A DNA stretch of 64,000 bases from Octopus sinensis (taxonomy: Eukaryota), in assembly GCF_006345805.1 (NCBI RefSeq), contig NC_043008.1, forward strand, positions 63,302,001-63,366,000, in the 5' to 3' direction. The position numbers were made by a program, and so were the translations under genes. The notes under the pieces are model-generated. The model made no database searches and was not told the origin of the DNA. It saw only the letters and a program-made list of their open reading frames with translations. Below, piece by piece: positions 25,222 through 38,094 of this stretch; positions within the stretch are counted from its first letter, which is position 1, and each line of letters opens with the position of its first letter.

Positions 25222-25287
25222 ACAACTAGATGGTGGGAATAATATAATAGGGTTTGCTCATATTTGGGCTCATCAGTGAAGTGCATT
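25222..25287 (-). CDS. Candidate 66-nt internal exon (phase 2-2), MHFTDEPKYEQTLLYYSHHLV
   Basis: ttctctgtcttgcttaatag| acceptor and |gtaagc donor; only one frame is open. Confidence 0.4.
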
Positions 25288-25504
25288 CTATTAAGCAAGA
25301 CAGAGAACTTATGGTCCCTGCATAGCCACAAACAGTAGAGCTGGAATTGATCCAATAATATACTACTCTAAAAAGATTGCCAAAATGCAGCAAAAGAACT
25401 ATTAGGTGAGGCTGAAAAATGTCTTTAATCAATGGTGTGAACATTTCTGGAAGGGCTAGCACCAAACTTTGGCATCAAGTTGGCTTGTTAAAAATTATAT
25501 ATTG

Positions 25505-25915
25505 GGCACAGGAGTGGCTGTGTGGTAAGCAGCTTCCTTACCAACCACATGGTTCCAGGTTCATTCCCACTGTGTGGAAACTTGGGCAAGTGTCTTCTAC
25601 TATAACCTCGGGCTGACCAAAGACTTGTGAGTGGATTTGGTAGACGGAAACTGAAAGAAGCCCATCGTATATATGTATATATATATATATATATGTATGT
25701 ATGTGTATAAGTTTGTGTGTCTGTGTTTGTCCCACCAACATCGCTTGACAACCAATGCTGGTGTTTTTACATCCCCGTAACTTAGCAGTTTGGCAGAAGA
25801 GACCAATAGAATAAGTACTAGGCTTACAAAAGAATAAGTCCTGGGGTCGATTTGCTTGACTAAAGGTGGTGCTCCAGCATGGCCACAGTCAAATGACTGA
25901 AACAAGTAAAAGAGT
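25505..25915 (+). mobile_element. SINE family A, full length
   Basis: Similarity to other copies. Confidence 0.88.
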
Positions 25916-26039
25916 AAGTGACTGAAACTTTCTTGAATACTGAGAAGTATTATTTATCCCTAATTAAACATGAACGTTCTAATAGAACATGCATGTTTAA
26001 TTGGGGATAAATAAATATTACATTTGGCATCAAGAATTA

Positions 26040-26300
26040 TACAAAAGCCTATATTGGACGTCATTGCAAAACATTAAAATAACCGTCTCCTCCATCTAAA
26101 GTAAAGATCAGGTGCTGCAAGAGCTTAGGATTCAAAGGCCCACAGCTCTTCAACGCTTTGTCAAAAGAATTAAGGAACCCATACAATGTGGATGTGGAAG
26201 TCTTCAAAAAATGGAATTTGTCATTCTCCTATCCATAATACCTGAGGCGCCAACATTCCAGTATGAGGTACAGATACGGACAGCAGTGTAAATCAAGCCC
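26040..26300 (+). pseudogene. CR1/L2-group LINE 3' ORF remnant
   Basis: Translation SLGFKGPQLFNALSKELRNPYNVDVEVFKK resembles the end of CR1-group ORF2. Confidence 0.5.
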
Positions 26301-26393
26301 ACAACCAAGAAAAAAAAAAACACATTCAAGATTTCTTTTTTGGATTTGGATTGCAAGATTCTTTACATGAGTTCGTGTGTTGAAGCATATTCT

Positions 26394-26661
26394 GTTGTGT
26401 CTGGGGAGAGTCATTTTCTTTTTGTGTCTATAATGTAACACACTCACCAGTGAAATTTCCACTTATTTCTTATTTTTATTTTCCTAAAATTTTCGTTGCG
26501 TCTTGCAACCTTTTCAATAGTCTTGAGAGTCAAGACTATTGAAAAGGTTGCAAGACACAACGAAAATTTTAGGAAAATAAAAATAAGAAATAAGTGGAAA
26601 TTTCACCAGTGAGTGTGTTACATTATAAGGCACAAAAAAAAATGACCCCAGATGCAACAGA
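26394..26661. mobile_element. Head-to-head Penelope-like pLTR palindrome (3-nt spacer)
   Basis: Centre tcttga gag tcaaga; arms of about 130 bp. Confidence 0.8.
26484..26520 (-). ncRNA. Minimal hammerhead-like motif, U3:A8 variant
   Basis: CUA UUGAAAA G GUUGC aagac GCAAC GAAA AU UU UAG; twin on plus strand at 26536-26572. Confidence 0.55.
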
Positions 26662-27157
26662 ACATGCCAGATTGGTGATCTAATATCCCATCTCTCAGAA
26701 GTAATCAATCATATAAGTAGGCTGTGGGAAAGGTACAAAGACATGGTGGACTCCAGCATGACCACATGCCTGAAAACATAAAAAAAGGAATATGTAAATG
26801 TGAAGCTGGTGATGTTATACCATGAAAATAAGTTGTGAGCAAACTGATATCCTTGTGAGGTGGAATGCAGAGCGCTTACGAGTCACTCCCTCTATAAGAC
26901 CGACAATAATGTGAGAAGACCATCAAGTGGGCTATGGAGGCAGAAAGCTATGGATCAGGTAGTGTGACCCCTGGAAGGGGTAGTTCTATTTGGGATAGTA
27001 CTAATTTGACACAAACTGGTCTAACATTGTTCCTGGTTTGGTTGCCTGGATGAGGGTGATTGTTTGTTGAAAGGCCCAAAACACCTAAAGATCTCTGGGA
27101 AAAATCTCTCCGATGATATGTCTAAGTGCATCACAAGATGATTTATGAAAATATATA

Positions 27158-27515
27158 AGGAGTGGCTGTGAGGTAAGTAACTTGCTTACCAACCACATGG
27201 TTCCAGGTTCAGTCCCACTGCGTGGCACCTTGGGCAAGTGTCTTCTACTATAGCCTCAAATCAACCAAAGTTTTGTAAATGTATTTGATAGATGGAAACT
27301 GTGTGTGTATGTGTGTGTGTGTTTGTCCTCCCACCATCGCTTGACAACCAATGCTGGTGTGTTTACGTCTCCGTAACTTAGTGATTCGGTAAAAGATTTC
27401 GATAGAACAAGTACTAGGCTTACAAAGAATAAGTCCTGGGGTCGATTTGCTTGACTAGATGTGGTGCTCCAGCATGGCCGCAATCAAATGACTGAAACAA
27501 ATAAAAGAATAAAAG
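27158..27515 (+). mobile_element. SINE family A
   Basis: Similarity to other copies. Confidence 0.85.
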
Positions 27516-29831
27516 TATATATATATATTTTTTTTTGTGTGTGTATGTATGTGTGTACGTATGTACGTATGTATGTATGTATGTATGTATGTATGTATGT
27601 ATGTATGTATGTATGTATGTATGTATGTATGTATGAATGTTTGCCTGTATGTATATATATTTGTCTGTCTGTTTGCATGTATGTGTGTACGATGTTTCCA
27701 AAGATGATTTCTGTAAATAGGCGAAGGGAACATGAGAAATTTTATTTCAAGTCATAGGTTACATCACCAGAAAATAGATACAGTACAGTTTATACATTGA
27801 AATAAACTAAGGAGAAATTACACAGTGAATTATGCTAGTAATAACTCATCAGAGACAGGCACTCATGAAAATCAGTATTGTCTTTCAATTTGAGGGAAAA
27901 AAACCAAAAAAACTATGATTGATTTCTTACTAGACTTTGAAGAAGTGTTTGTAATAAAATAATTAGTTTTTATGGGAAACTATGTAATTTCTATACACAA
28001 TAAAATCTTCATGTGTTTTCATATCCTTCTGTTGTGTTCATTTTAACCATTTTTATTGCTAGCCTTTCTACTAAACTAAATCAAAAACTTATTACTATTA
28101 TGGTTAAGTTTTTTTCATTTTATATAAGAATATTCTCTTATGTCTTTGGGAAAGTCTTTTCTGTCAATATATACTTTAATGAAACAGGCAAAATATTTCA
28201 TTAGATTGAGAAATATTATTGCTTATATCAAAAGTATAAAGTATGAGTAGTTTTGAAAAAGAAAAAACAAAATTCCTAGGCATTTGTCCAAATATGTCAA
28301 TATATTCTTTTCTGCCTTTGGTTTTATTTCCTGAAAATATGAATTCAAAGTGTCATGCTGAACAACAAAAATTATTGTTTAATAGAAAAATTCAATTTAA
28401 ATGTTGATAATTCTGTCTTTGAAAAAAGCTTTGTATTGGTTGTAAAGAAAATGATAAAAATAAAAACTACATAGAAATCCATTGAAAATAGAATACTATA
28501 TCTAAAAAAAAAAATGTTTTTGGTTTAACTGAAATCTTTTTTGAAAATAAAATTAAGAAGAAATATAATATAAAATAGTAATATATAATTCTTAATTATC
28601 TGCTGATACAAAAAATACATAAATAAATAAGTAACAAAATTATTGCTTCTAAACTAAAAGAAAACAATTTAAAGCATTTGGATTGACTTGTTGCTGTGGT
28701 TTGAAATTAGAATTTAAGTTTCTTGATTTTTAAACATTACTTTTATTTTATTCTCAATTTATAGCTATATCTAATAGCTACAGTAGAAAATCAATTTTTG
28801 ATGATCTATGTGTTCTGGTTTCCATTTATTCATTGTTCTATCACAGCCAGTAAGAGATAATTACTAATCACACTCGACTCTAGTAAAATACAAATGATTC
28901 TTTGATAAAATCTTGATGAATTGATTTCAGAAACAAAAAAAAAAGGAAAAAAATAATAATAATAAAGCAAAGAAAGAAAATCACAGAAACAAAGAAAAAA
29001 ATTACGCATGGTGTTAACACAATTGGCATACATGGTTATATTGTTTGGATATCAGAAGCAAGCTAAAAATATCTCACATATACACATTTAATAGTTTTCT
29101 TATATCCTGATAGAACAATTGTGAAAACATAGATAAATTTTAACCAAGTCTAACATAGAGTAATATATCAAACAACACAACACAGTGTTAGTATTAACCA
29201 GTAGATAGTTACTATTCATAATGCTATTATTTAAAAACTGCAATGAACAAATGATAATGAATTGGTCTACATGATGTGTTGTCAGAAGTTCAAACTTTTA
29301 TATGACCCAATCACATACTGTGATTGGAAAAGACATAAAAACTATGTTTAACAGTACTGCTTAAATACTGAAAATGGTATCTAACGGCATCTTGCAACAC
29401 CACTCCTTCATACTCGTAAGTAAAGTTGTCAAACAATGAGAAAACAAAATAAATTTTTGTTTTAATTGTTCTCATAAAATAACTACGTAACTATAATTAC
29501 TTGAGTAAACAAACAAGTAAATTGGCTAAAGAAAATAAGAAACTTCAATTTTTGTCTATTGATGGTTTAAACACATTATATATTGCCTGGGCAGTCCTCT
29601 ACTTTTTCAGACCAGATATAGTGTACTTGCTCCACCTTGTCAAATATATCCTTTTTTTCTATGGTGAAAGGGCTTGATTTGAGAGGGATTAAACTATTAT
29701 TTCTAGCATGTCTTCTGCTATGATCTCAATATCCTGTGATAGAAGAAAGCTGTATGGAAGCTCATAATATGCATGTAGAGACATGTGTACATGCCTGAGT
29801 ATGTTTTCTCGTTTAAAAACATACTAGCCTA

Positions 29832-30583
29832 TCATCATCATCATCATCATTATTTAACATCTGCTTTCCATGCTAGCATGGGTTGGATGATTTGACTGAA
29901 GTCTGGCGAACCAGGTGGCTGCACCAGACTCCAATCTGATCTGGAAGAGTTTCTACAGCTGGATGCTCTTCCGATACACTCGGAGAGTGTAGTGGGTGCT
30001 TTTATGTGCCACCAGCACAAGGGCCAGTCAGACAGTACTGGCAATGGCCATACTCAAATGGTGCTTTTATGTGCCACCTGCACATGAGCCAGTCCAGCGG
30101 CACTGACAATGACCTCGCTTGAATGTTTTTTCATGTGTCACCAGCACAAGTGCTAGTAAGGCGACGCTAGTAACGATCATGCTCAAATGGTGTTTTTTTA
30201 TGTGCCATTGGCTCGGAGGCCAGCTTGTTGCTCTGGCAACGATCTCGCTCGTATGGTACACTTAGCGCTCCACTAGCATCGGTGCCAGTCATTGAATTTG
30301 ATTTTGATTTCGATTTTGATTTCACTTGCTTCAACAGGTCTTCGCAAGCAGAGTTTAGTGTCCAATGAAGGAAAGGCATGCATAAGTAGACTGGTTACAC
30401 CCTGGCATAGGCCACATGGTTATAGTCTCAATTGCGCTTACCGAGTCTTTTCAAGCACAGCATATTTCCAAAGGTCCAAGTCACGAGTCATTGCCTCGGT
30501 GAGGCCCAATGTTCAAAGGTCATGCTTCACCACCTCATCCCAGGTCTTCCTGGGTCTACCTCTTCCACAGGTTCCCTCATCCT
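29832..30583 (-). mobile_element. 5'-truncated RTE copy (last ORF codons, 3' UTR and (GAT)n tail)
   Basis: EGTCGRGRPRKTWDEVVKHDL is identical to the end of the 12737-14686 ORF. Confidence 0.85.
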
Positions 30584-30819
30584 CTGGTTTAGTGGTTCTC
30601 CTCATAGAGATGAATATAATCAGTACTGAGATTGATATGATCAACCAAACCTGCCATGGCAGGGTTCCACCATAATTGCTGTCCAATGACTGAAGCCTGT
30701 AAGAAAGAAGGAATAAAAGCAATTACTAAAATTGCAAAGCAACAACAGTTCGAGAATTAACTCCTTTGCATTTAAACCAGCCAAATCTGGCCAAAATATT
30801 CTGCCTCTTTTATTCTTCT

Positions 30820-31450
30820 ATTTGTTTGTCATTTGACTGCAGCCAGGCTAGAGCATTACCTCAAAGGGTTTAAGTTGAAGAAATCGACCCCAGGACTTAT
30901 TCTTTGTAAGCTCAGTAATTGTTCTTTTGGTCTCTTTTGCTGAACCTCTAAGTTATTGGGACATACACACACAAACATCAGTTATCAAGCGATGGTGGGA
31001 GGGACAAATACTGACATGAAGACACACACACACACACATATATATATACTCTTTTACTTTTTTACTTGTTTTAGTCATTTGACTGTAGCCATGCTGGAGC
31101 ACTGCCTTTATAGTTGAGCAAATCGACCCCAGAGTTTATTCTTTGTAAGCCTAGTACTTATTCCATCAGTCTCTTTTGCCGAACCACTAAGTTACAGTGA
31201 CGTGAAAACACCAGCATCGGCTGTCAAGTGATGCTGGGGAGACAAACAGACACACACACATACAGATATATATATATATACATATACGATGGGCTTCTTT
31301 CATTTTCCATCTACCAAGTCCATTCACAAGACTTTGGTTGGCCCGAGGCTATAGGAGAAGACACTAGCCCAAGGTACCATGCAGTGGGACTGAACCTGAG
31401 ACCATGTCGTTGGTAAGCAAGCTACTTACTACACAACCATTCCTGCACCT
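30820..31450 (-). mobile_element. Two adjacent SINE family A copies (partial 30820-31020, full 31062-31450)
   Basis: Similarity to other copies. Confidence 0.8.
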
Positions 31451-32095
31451 ATACATATAAAGAAAAAAGTGAAAGGGGTACGGTGTATTTAATAGTGTAT
31501 AAGAATTTATACGCAGAGAGGCGACCACCATGTGAACTCCCTACATGCTAGAGAGGGCAGTCAAAATCCAAACCATGAAAAAACATTCTTACTTATTGCA
31601 CATTGCTTGGAAGCAAGCAGGACACTCGAATGAATAAAAATCTCACTTAACTCTATACCCACGCAAACCACTGGTATAAATTATTTATTTAATGATTTTT
31701 ACCCTATATTCATATATACACTAGCAAACACACCTGTCCTTTGGATGGTTTAAGTTGCTTTGGTGGTATTTTTTTCACCAAATAATTGAATTACCGAGAA
31801 GGTTTATGTGTAGCACAGCAATCTATGTTTACAATTAACCTAGGAATGGAAAATCAAATTGAGGGCTGGTTTTTGTGGAGGTCGTTACACTTCACTGATC
31901 ATAGAACATGTAAGCTTGCAAGTGATGCAAAGGAGAGCTACGGAAGTGTTTGGGGAGTAGATTATGGATAACAACTACAAAATATAGTTGTTTTTTAAGC
32001 ATATTTTGTTCACTCTTATTTTCATATATAACATATCAGCATGTACATCTTTTGGAACATTGCCATTTTATAAGATTTTGCTGGCAAAATTTTAA

Positions 32096-32420
32096 TAAAC
32101 ATTTATTTACATGAAGGAAAATTACCGGGGACGTAACACGTGATGGGCGGAGGTAAAGAATACATACACCATCTGTTTTAGATGTAACCCTAACCTTAAT
32201 CCTAACCCTAACCCTTAACTCTAACCCTAACCATAACCCTAAACCCTAACCCTAACCTAATCACCAGGTGTGCATATTCTTTACTTTCACCTACGTGTTG
32301 TGCTAAAAATAACAGCTAAATAAGATTTCTTTGGATTAATCTTTTAAATTAACATAAACATTTATTTACAGGAAAGAAAATTACCAGAGACATAATACGT
32401 GTTGTGTTACCGTTGCAGAT
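32096..32420. repeat. Degenerate (TAACCC)n telomere-like array inside short inverted repeats, with a flanking direct repeat of about 47 bp
   Basis: Array about 32185-32260; ggtaaagaatacatacacc versus ggtgtgcatattctttac; direct repeat at 32096 and 32355. Confidence 0.7.
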
Positions 32421-32634
32421 AGGCAGTCAAAATAAATAAATAGACAAAATCCTTTCACTTTTATGAAATGTAGGGAAGACCCTACATACAAAAAACTATG
32501 TCCATTTACATGGGAGCTCTGGGCAAAATGTTATAGAGCATGACCATCCTTGGGACATAAGTAATGTGTGTGTAAAGTTTGTTGAAAATCAGTTGCAACT
32601 ATGGAAATGTATGCGCCACTCATTTTACACACAC

Positions 32635-32815
32635 ATACTGTGATTTATATATATTTCTGTATTCCTTTCTGTTGAAGAGCGTAGGCTCAAAACATGAAAG
32701 ACTTTCTCACTTCCCAAGCATTAAACTAATACAGCTGTTTGTTGTTTACACACCCGTCTTTGTCTTGTTTTTTTTTGTAAATTCTCATTATATAAATATA
32801 TATATATATAATAGA
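32635..32815 (+). mobile_element. Probable Penelope-like pLTR fragment with decayed hammerhead-like motif (32665-32700)
   Basis: cttt ctgttga a gagc gtag gctc aaaa ca tg aaag. Confidence 0.55.
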
Positions 32816-32863
32816 AATATTAAAATTACTAAGTCTCTCTAAAGGAGATTACGGCAGCGTTAC

Positions 32864-33331
32864 TGGAAATTAATAGTTATCGCCATACTTATATGGCAGT
32901 CTTATAAATATAAGACTAAAGCTGTTGCTGATTAAGTCCAAGAGGCCACCGCCTCAAGCTAGCTATTTGACACACAACCTGCGTCCATTATAAACCTTCG
33001 AACAGGGGAGGTCAGCCGCTTCATCCTGCCAGTCAGACAGCTGCAGACATGTTTCAGGGTTGTTGCCCTTTATCAATGCAGCGTAGTCAGACCCAGCAGG
33101 TTTCGCTACTGACTGTCCCTGTTCGAAGAATCTATTTGCCTAGTTTCAGTGGAAACATGTCTGCAGCTGTCTGACTGGCAGGATGAAGCGGCTGACCTCC
33201 CCTGTTCGAAGGTTTATAATGGACGCAGGTTGTGTGTCAAATAGCTAGCTTGATGCGGTGGCCTCTTGGAGCTAATCAGCGACAGCTTTAGTCTTATATT
33301 TATAAGACTGCCATATAAGTATGGCGATAAC

Positions 33332-33340
<9 letters not shown>
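32864..33340. mobile_element. Near-perfect inverted repeat (arms of about 190 bp), Penelope-like pLTR palindrome
   Basis: 32864-33055 versus 33151-33340 are reverse complements with few mismatches. Confidence 0.85.
33038..33083 (-). ncRNA. Minimal type I hammerhead, U3:A8 covariant core
   Basis: GCUGCA UUGAUAA AGGG caacaa CCCU GAAA CAUG UC UGCAGC: 6-bp stem I, 4-bp stem II, palindromic ACAUGU, GUC cleavage triplet. Confidence 0.72.
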
Positions 33341-33369
<29 letters not shown>

Positions 33370-33371
<2 letters not shown>

Positions 33372-33535
33372 CAGGCTTCTTTCAGTTTCTGTCTACCAAA
33401 TCCACTCACAAAGCTTTGATTGGTTTGGGGCTTTAGTAGAAGACACTTGCCCAAGGTGCCACACAGTGGGACTGAATCCGGAACCATGTGGTTGGGAAGC
33501 AAGCTCCTTACCAACACAGCTATGCCTGCACCCAT
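33370..33535 (-). mobile_element. SINE family A, 5' half
   Basis: Similarity to other copies. Confidence 0.8.
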
Positions 33536-34417
33536 ATACAAAACTTTTATGCTCAGACTGGACAAATCCAAAATCTCTAAGCAATTACATCATCTAAATC
33601 ACAAAGCTATGAATTACTGCATGATTAATTCAAAACAATTTGAATAAATAAGCATTACATTTGACAGAATACATTGAATGCTAAAGTGTTAAAGATAATT
33701 TATAAATTTCATTATCCGTTTGCTATCATGTAATAAGAAATATCTCCCAGGTAACTGTTATCATCATATATGTACATATTTAATACTCATGCTTCACCAA
33801 ACATTTGCACTGTCATTATGCCATCCATATGAAGTAATTCTGGTCTCCTGTTTCCTTCTTTGTATATCACACACATATATATATGTCAGTTAATGTTCAG
33901 TGTCCCTATCAGAGTGTATGAATTTGGAGAGATACTTTACTGTCAGCAAATATTACCACATTTTCAAGATGGGGGTTTTCTTTATTTCACAAGTTTTCAA
34001 AATTGCATAGCAACGTGTTGCAATGTTAGAACAAATGTAATGAATGATTCCCTCAAGTAGTAATGAGTGAAATATAAGTGAAATATAAACAGTCACACAG
34101 ATTTGTATGTACACATGAGCTTGCATGCACACACTAACACACACTCATACACACACACACACACACACACATTCACACACACACACATATAACACACATG
34201 TCAACTTAGCAACTTCCAGGGAAAATTGAACATAGGTATATGTATAAGTGCATTTTCATATGGCAGTGCACAAGACTCTGGTCCTTTGAGTCTCTTTGAT
34301 GAACATCTGCTAATTAAAAGTAACAGAAAAACTGTATACATATGCATATATAGAAATACACAAACATACATTTACATCTCTCTCTCTCTCTCGTTATCTC
34401 TGTCTCTCAGCACGTCA

Positions 34418-35272
34418 CTAACTGTGTAAACAACATGAAACACGAAAACAAACGAGTTAAATACATAAACAATGAGAAGAAGAAAAAATGGAAAACAGGA
34501 CAAGTAAACATGGAGAACGGTCCTTCATCAGTTGTTCGCTGTGTATCTACTCCTTATTTCGAGCATTTAATGACAATATGAGTCTTCAAAGACAGTTGTT
34601 CCCATAAGTTCCAAACTAAAATTTAGGATTTATGAAGGGTCAAAGTTAAGAACAAAAACAAGATAGTAGAGACATCCAAAGAAACCGAATAAAAACAAAC
34701 ATAGAAGGTCTTAGACCAGAACAAGAGGAAAATAGTGAATTCTGGGAGATTTATTTTCTTTGCAAAGAGAAAAGATAGAAGAGAGAAAAAAAACATCAAG
34801 TCTTTTGAACGTCCATGCAGGAAAAGAAAGATGGTCATGTGAGAAAAAGAAAGATGGACGATGGTCACATGTGAGTAACGAGAGAGAGAAAAAGAGAAAG
34901 AGAAGGAGGAGAGAGAGAGACAGATGGAAAATGGTGAAGGGAAAGAAAAAGGGAATTAGAGAAGGATGGAGGAAGAAAACAGTAAAGAGTAGAATTGCAT
35001 GAAAAAGGTTAAGATAAACTTACTTGGAAATGGATGCATGGCGTTCAATTAAATAATAATATATATGTGCATATATGGGTACAGGACGTCACCAACTGCG
35101 TAAACAACATGAAATATGAAACGAAACAAGTTAAATATGCAAACAACGGGAGAAATATGCAAAACAGGACAAGTAAACACAGAGAACGACCCTTCATCAT
35201 TTGTCGGCTGTCTATCTACTCTTCATTTTGAACATTCAATGACAATATGAATCTTCAAAGACAGTTGCTTCA
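34418..35272. repeat. Two copies of a 185-bp repeat (34418-34605, 35085-35272) flanking a purine-rich tract
   Basis: Shared aaacaacatgaaa...caggacaagtaaac...cttcaaagacagttg. Confidence 0.7.
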
Positions 35273-35803
35273 TGTGTGTGTGTGTATATAAACTGACCTT
35301 CTGTAAGCTAAGACAATGAGTTTTCCTGTTGATTTGATCAGCAGAACAGCCTGCTTGTGAAATTAATGCACTTCGCTGTATATACACACAAACACACACA
35401 CACATACTTATACATGCATACAGAATTTTAATTTTAATTCACAAAACATTGGCCAACCTAAAGCTTTAGTAAAGATGATTGCCCAAGATGTCATGCTGTG
35501 TGATTTGATCACAAAGTCCCTGGTTGCGAAGTTCACTTCTTAAATATAGATTTATCCCTAGAATCACTTCATTCATTTATTGACCTTATAATTATCTAAA
35601 TACATTGTAGAGAAAATTTTTGCTGTGATAAACTTTACAGAATTGTAGCATGGATATATAGCTATGGATGGATATACTTGCAAATAAACAGATATATCTA
35701 TGGATGGATGTATTTGTAAATACATGAATATATATCTTTGAATATATCTTGCAAATATATAAATGAATATCTATAGATGGATATGCTTGCAAATGTACAA
35801 ATA

Positions 35804-36715
35804 TTGGGTCATCACATAAATAATGTGGTTTTTTTTCCAATTGCATAGACTAAAAGTTGGAGAGGAAATGGATAAACTACCTGCATCAACTTGCTATAAA
35901 AGTAGGTAGTAATTTTACCCTTTTTACTTATTCTTAGTGCAAGTTTTGAAGAGTGCAGTTCGATATTAACAGTTTTTGTTTCAAAGTTATAATGGAAGTG
36001 ACAAAGAAGCATATTTGGCATATTTTGCAACAATGCAACAGAAAGTGCAAGGAATATCAATGCAGTATATGGGGATTGGACAGTAATCGTAAGCCAGTGT
36101 CGATGGTGGTTCCTGAAATTCTGAGCTGGAAACTGCAGCCTAGAAGATGAGCCTCATCCTTGAAGATCTGTAGAGCTTGACAAGGTCATTCTGCAAACCC
36201 TGGTGGAACAAAATCCCGTCGTAACTGTTGAAGATCTAGCAGAGAAGCTTGAATTTGGTCATTCAACCATTCATTGACACCAGCGTGAGAAGAACCAACA
36301 ACCATCTTTGGTTTCAAAAGGAAAGGTGTTCTTCCATCAGGATAATACTCGGCCATATACAGCAAAGATGACATTCGAAAGGCTGGAGCAGTTTAGATGG
36401 GAAGCGATGTCTTACCCATCATATTCGCTGGACATTGCCCCATCTGATCATTATTTATTCCGCAGTCTTCAAAATCCTTTGGATTGAAAAGAACTATGAA
36501 TTCAGTAGATGAGGTCAGAACAGAACTGGATGGGTATTTTTCATCACAGACAAGGGAATTTTGGAAAAGGGATCTTGCAAGCCTACCAGATAGATGAAAG
36601 GGCATTGTAGAAAATGAAGGAGAGTATATTTTTGATTAATAAAGAAATTTATTTATCTTAGTTTCGAAAAATAAAAAAAGTATAGAAAAACCGCATTATT
36701 TATGGGATGAACCAA
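35804..36715 (+). mobile_element. Internally deleted mariner transposon with both TIRs and TA TSD
   Basis: ta|ttgggtcatcacataaataatgtgg ... ccgcattatttatgggatgaaccaa|ta; degraded MEVTKKHIWHIL, HQDNTRP, YSLDIAPSDHYLFRSLQN. Confidence 0.88.
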
Positions 36716-37149
36716 TATATATCTATGGAGGGAGATACTTGCAAATATGAGTAAATATCTATGGGTGGCTATAATTGCAAATACATGAACAATATATCTA
36801 AAAGGAGGTTAATTACAAACTAAGCTGCATTCAGTTCAGCTTATCACTTATAGATTATTGGAAGTATTGTGATGAACAACTACAATATGTCTGTCTGTTT
36901 GTCTGTCTGACTGTCTACCGTGTCTGTTCGAAACTATGTTATCAAATATATTAAATAAATGCAACCGAACATTAATTAAAATCTAACAAATTACAAACAA
37001 TCAAGTTTTTCTTGTTCATTGTATTCACCTGGAAATTTTCGAAAATGCAAAGTTGTTTACTTTATTTTAATATATTTCTTTCAATTTGCATTGTCTGTTA
37101 AAAAGCCATGTTTTTACATCACCACCCTGGCACACAATAATACATATTT

Positions 37150-37515
37150 TGGCATACTACTACAACAACTTTTACTACTACTACTACTACTACTACTACG
37201 ACTACTACTACTGATACCATCACCACCGCCACCACCACCACCACCACTACTACTACTACTGATAACACCATTGCAGCCACCACCAATACCACTGCCGCCG
37301 CCACCACCACTGCTGCTGCTGCTACTACTACTAATATTAATAATAATAATAATAATAATAATAATGATAATAATAATAATAATAACAATAATATTAGTAC
37401 TAATAATATCACTAATAGCAACACCTAATAATAACAATAACAACAACAATAATAATGATGATGATGATGACGAACATGACGATGATGATGACGACGACGA
37501 TCACGATGATAACGA
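37150..37515. repeat. Compound trinucleotide repeat (ACT/ACC/GCT/AAT/GAT)
   Basis: Direct inspection. Confidence 0.9.
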
Positions 37516-38094
37516 TATTTTTAAATCAGAACTTTAAAGCAGATTTAGCTTTAATATCTTTTTAGTTTATTTATTTCTTTATTATTAAATTTTTTTCTTT
37601 TTTATGCTCAGAAATTAATTCATCTATGTTATGCTATGTAAAGTAGCTTTTGTGTTAACTCTGGTTTAAAAAAAATAAAAAAATAAAAAAAAGTAAATTA
37701 AAAGAAAAATATATGGATATGTTTTACATAAAATTCAAAGATATTTTTCAAAAACTAGATGTGTCTAGTGAAGTAGTAAAGTTTTTTTGCTATTTTTCCA
37801 GACAAGCTGGTACAAATCAATTTATTTATCTTTTAATACCCAAATGGTTTTCATTAATCTTGTTTTCTTTTGCTTTTTTCTTTGCCACAAAATACAAAAT
37901 ACAATGTAATTTTATCAACTCTTAATTAATTCTTTCAACAAGTGCTTGACTATATTTCTGAAGTTATTCTGCATCAAATATATTACTGTATTTCCAAATT
38001 CCAGGAAAAAAGAAGTCATGAATGAATAAATGAATAGAAAGCTAGACTGCGAGCAGATATATATACCTATGTGTATATATATATATATATTGTG

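Noticed and set aside
30585-30690. Strong minus-strand acceptor and open frame ASVIGQQLWWNPAMAG
   Set aside because: Sequence aligns to a decayed SINE A tail
34530-34605. Hammerhead-like UUGAAGA...GAAA in the 34418/35085 repeat
   Set aside because: Stem II and cleavage-site register could not be made consistent
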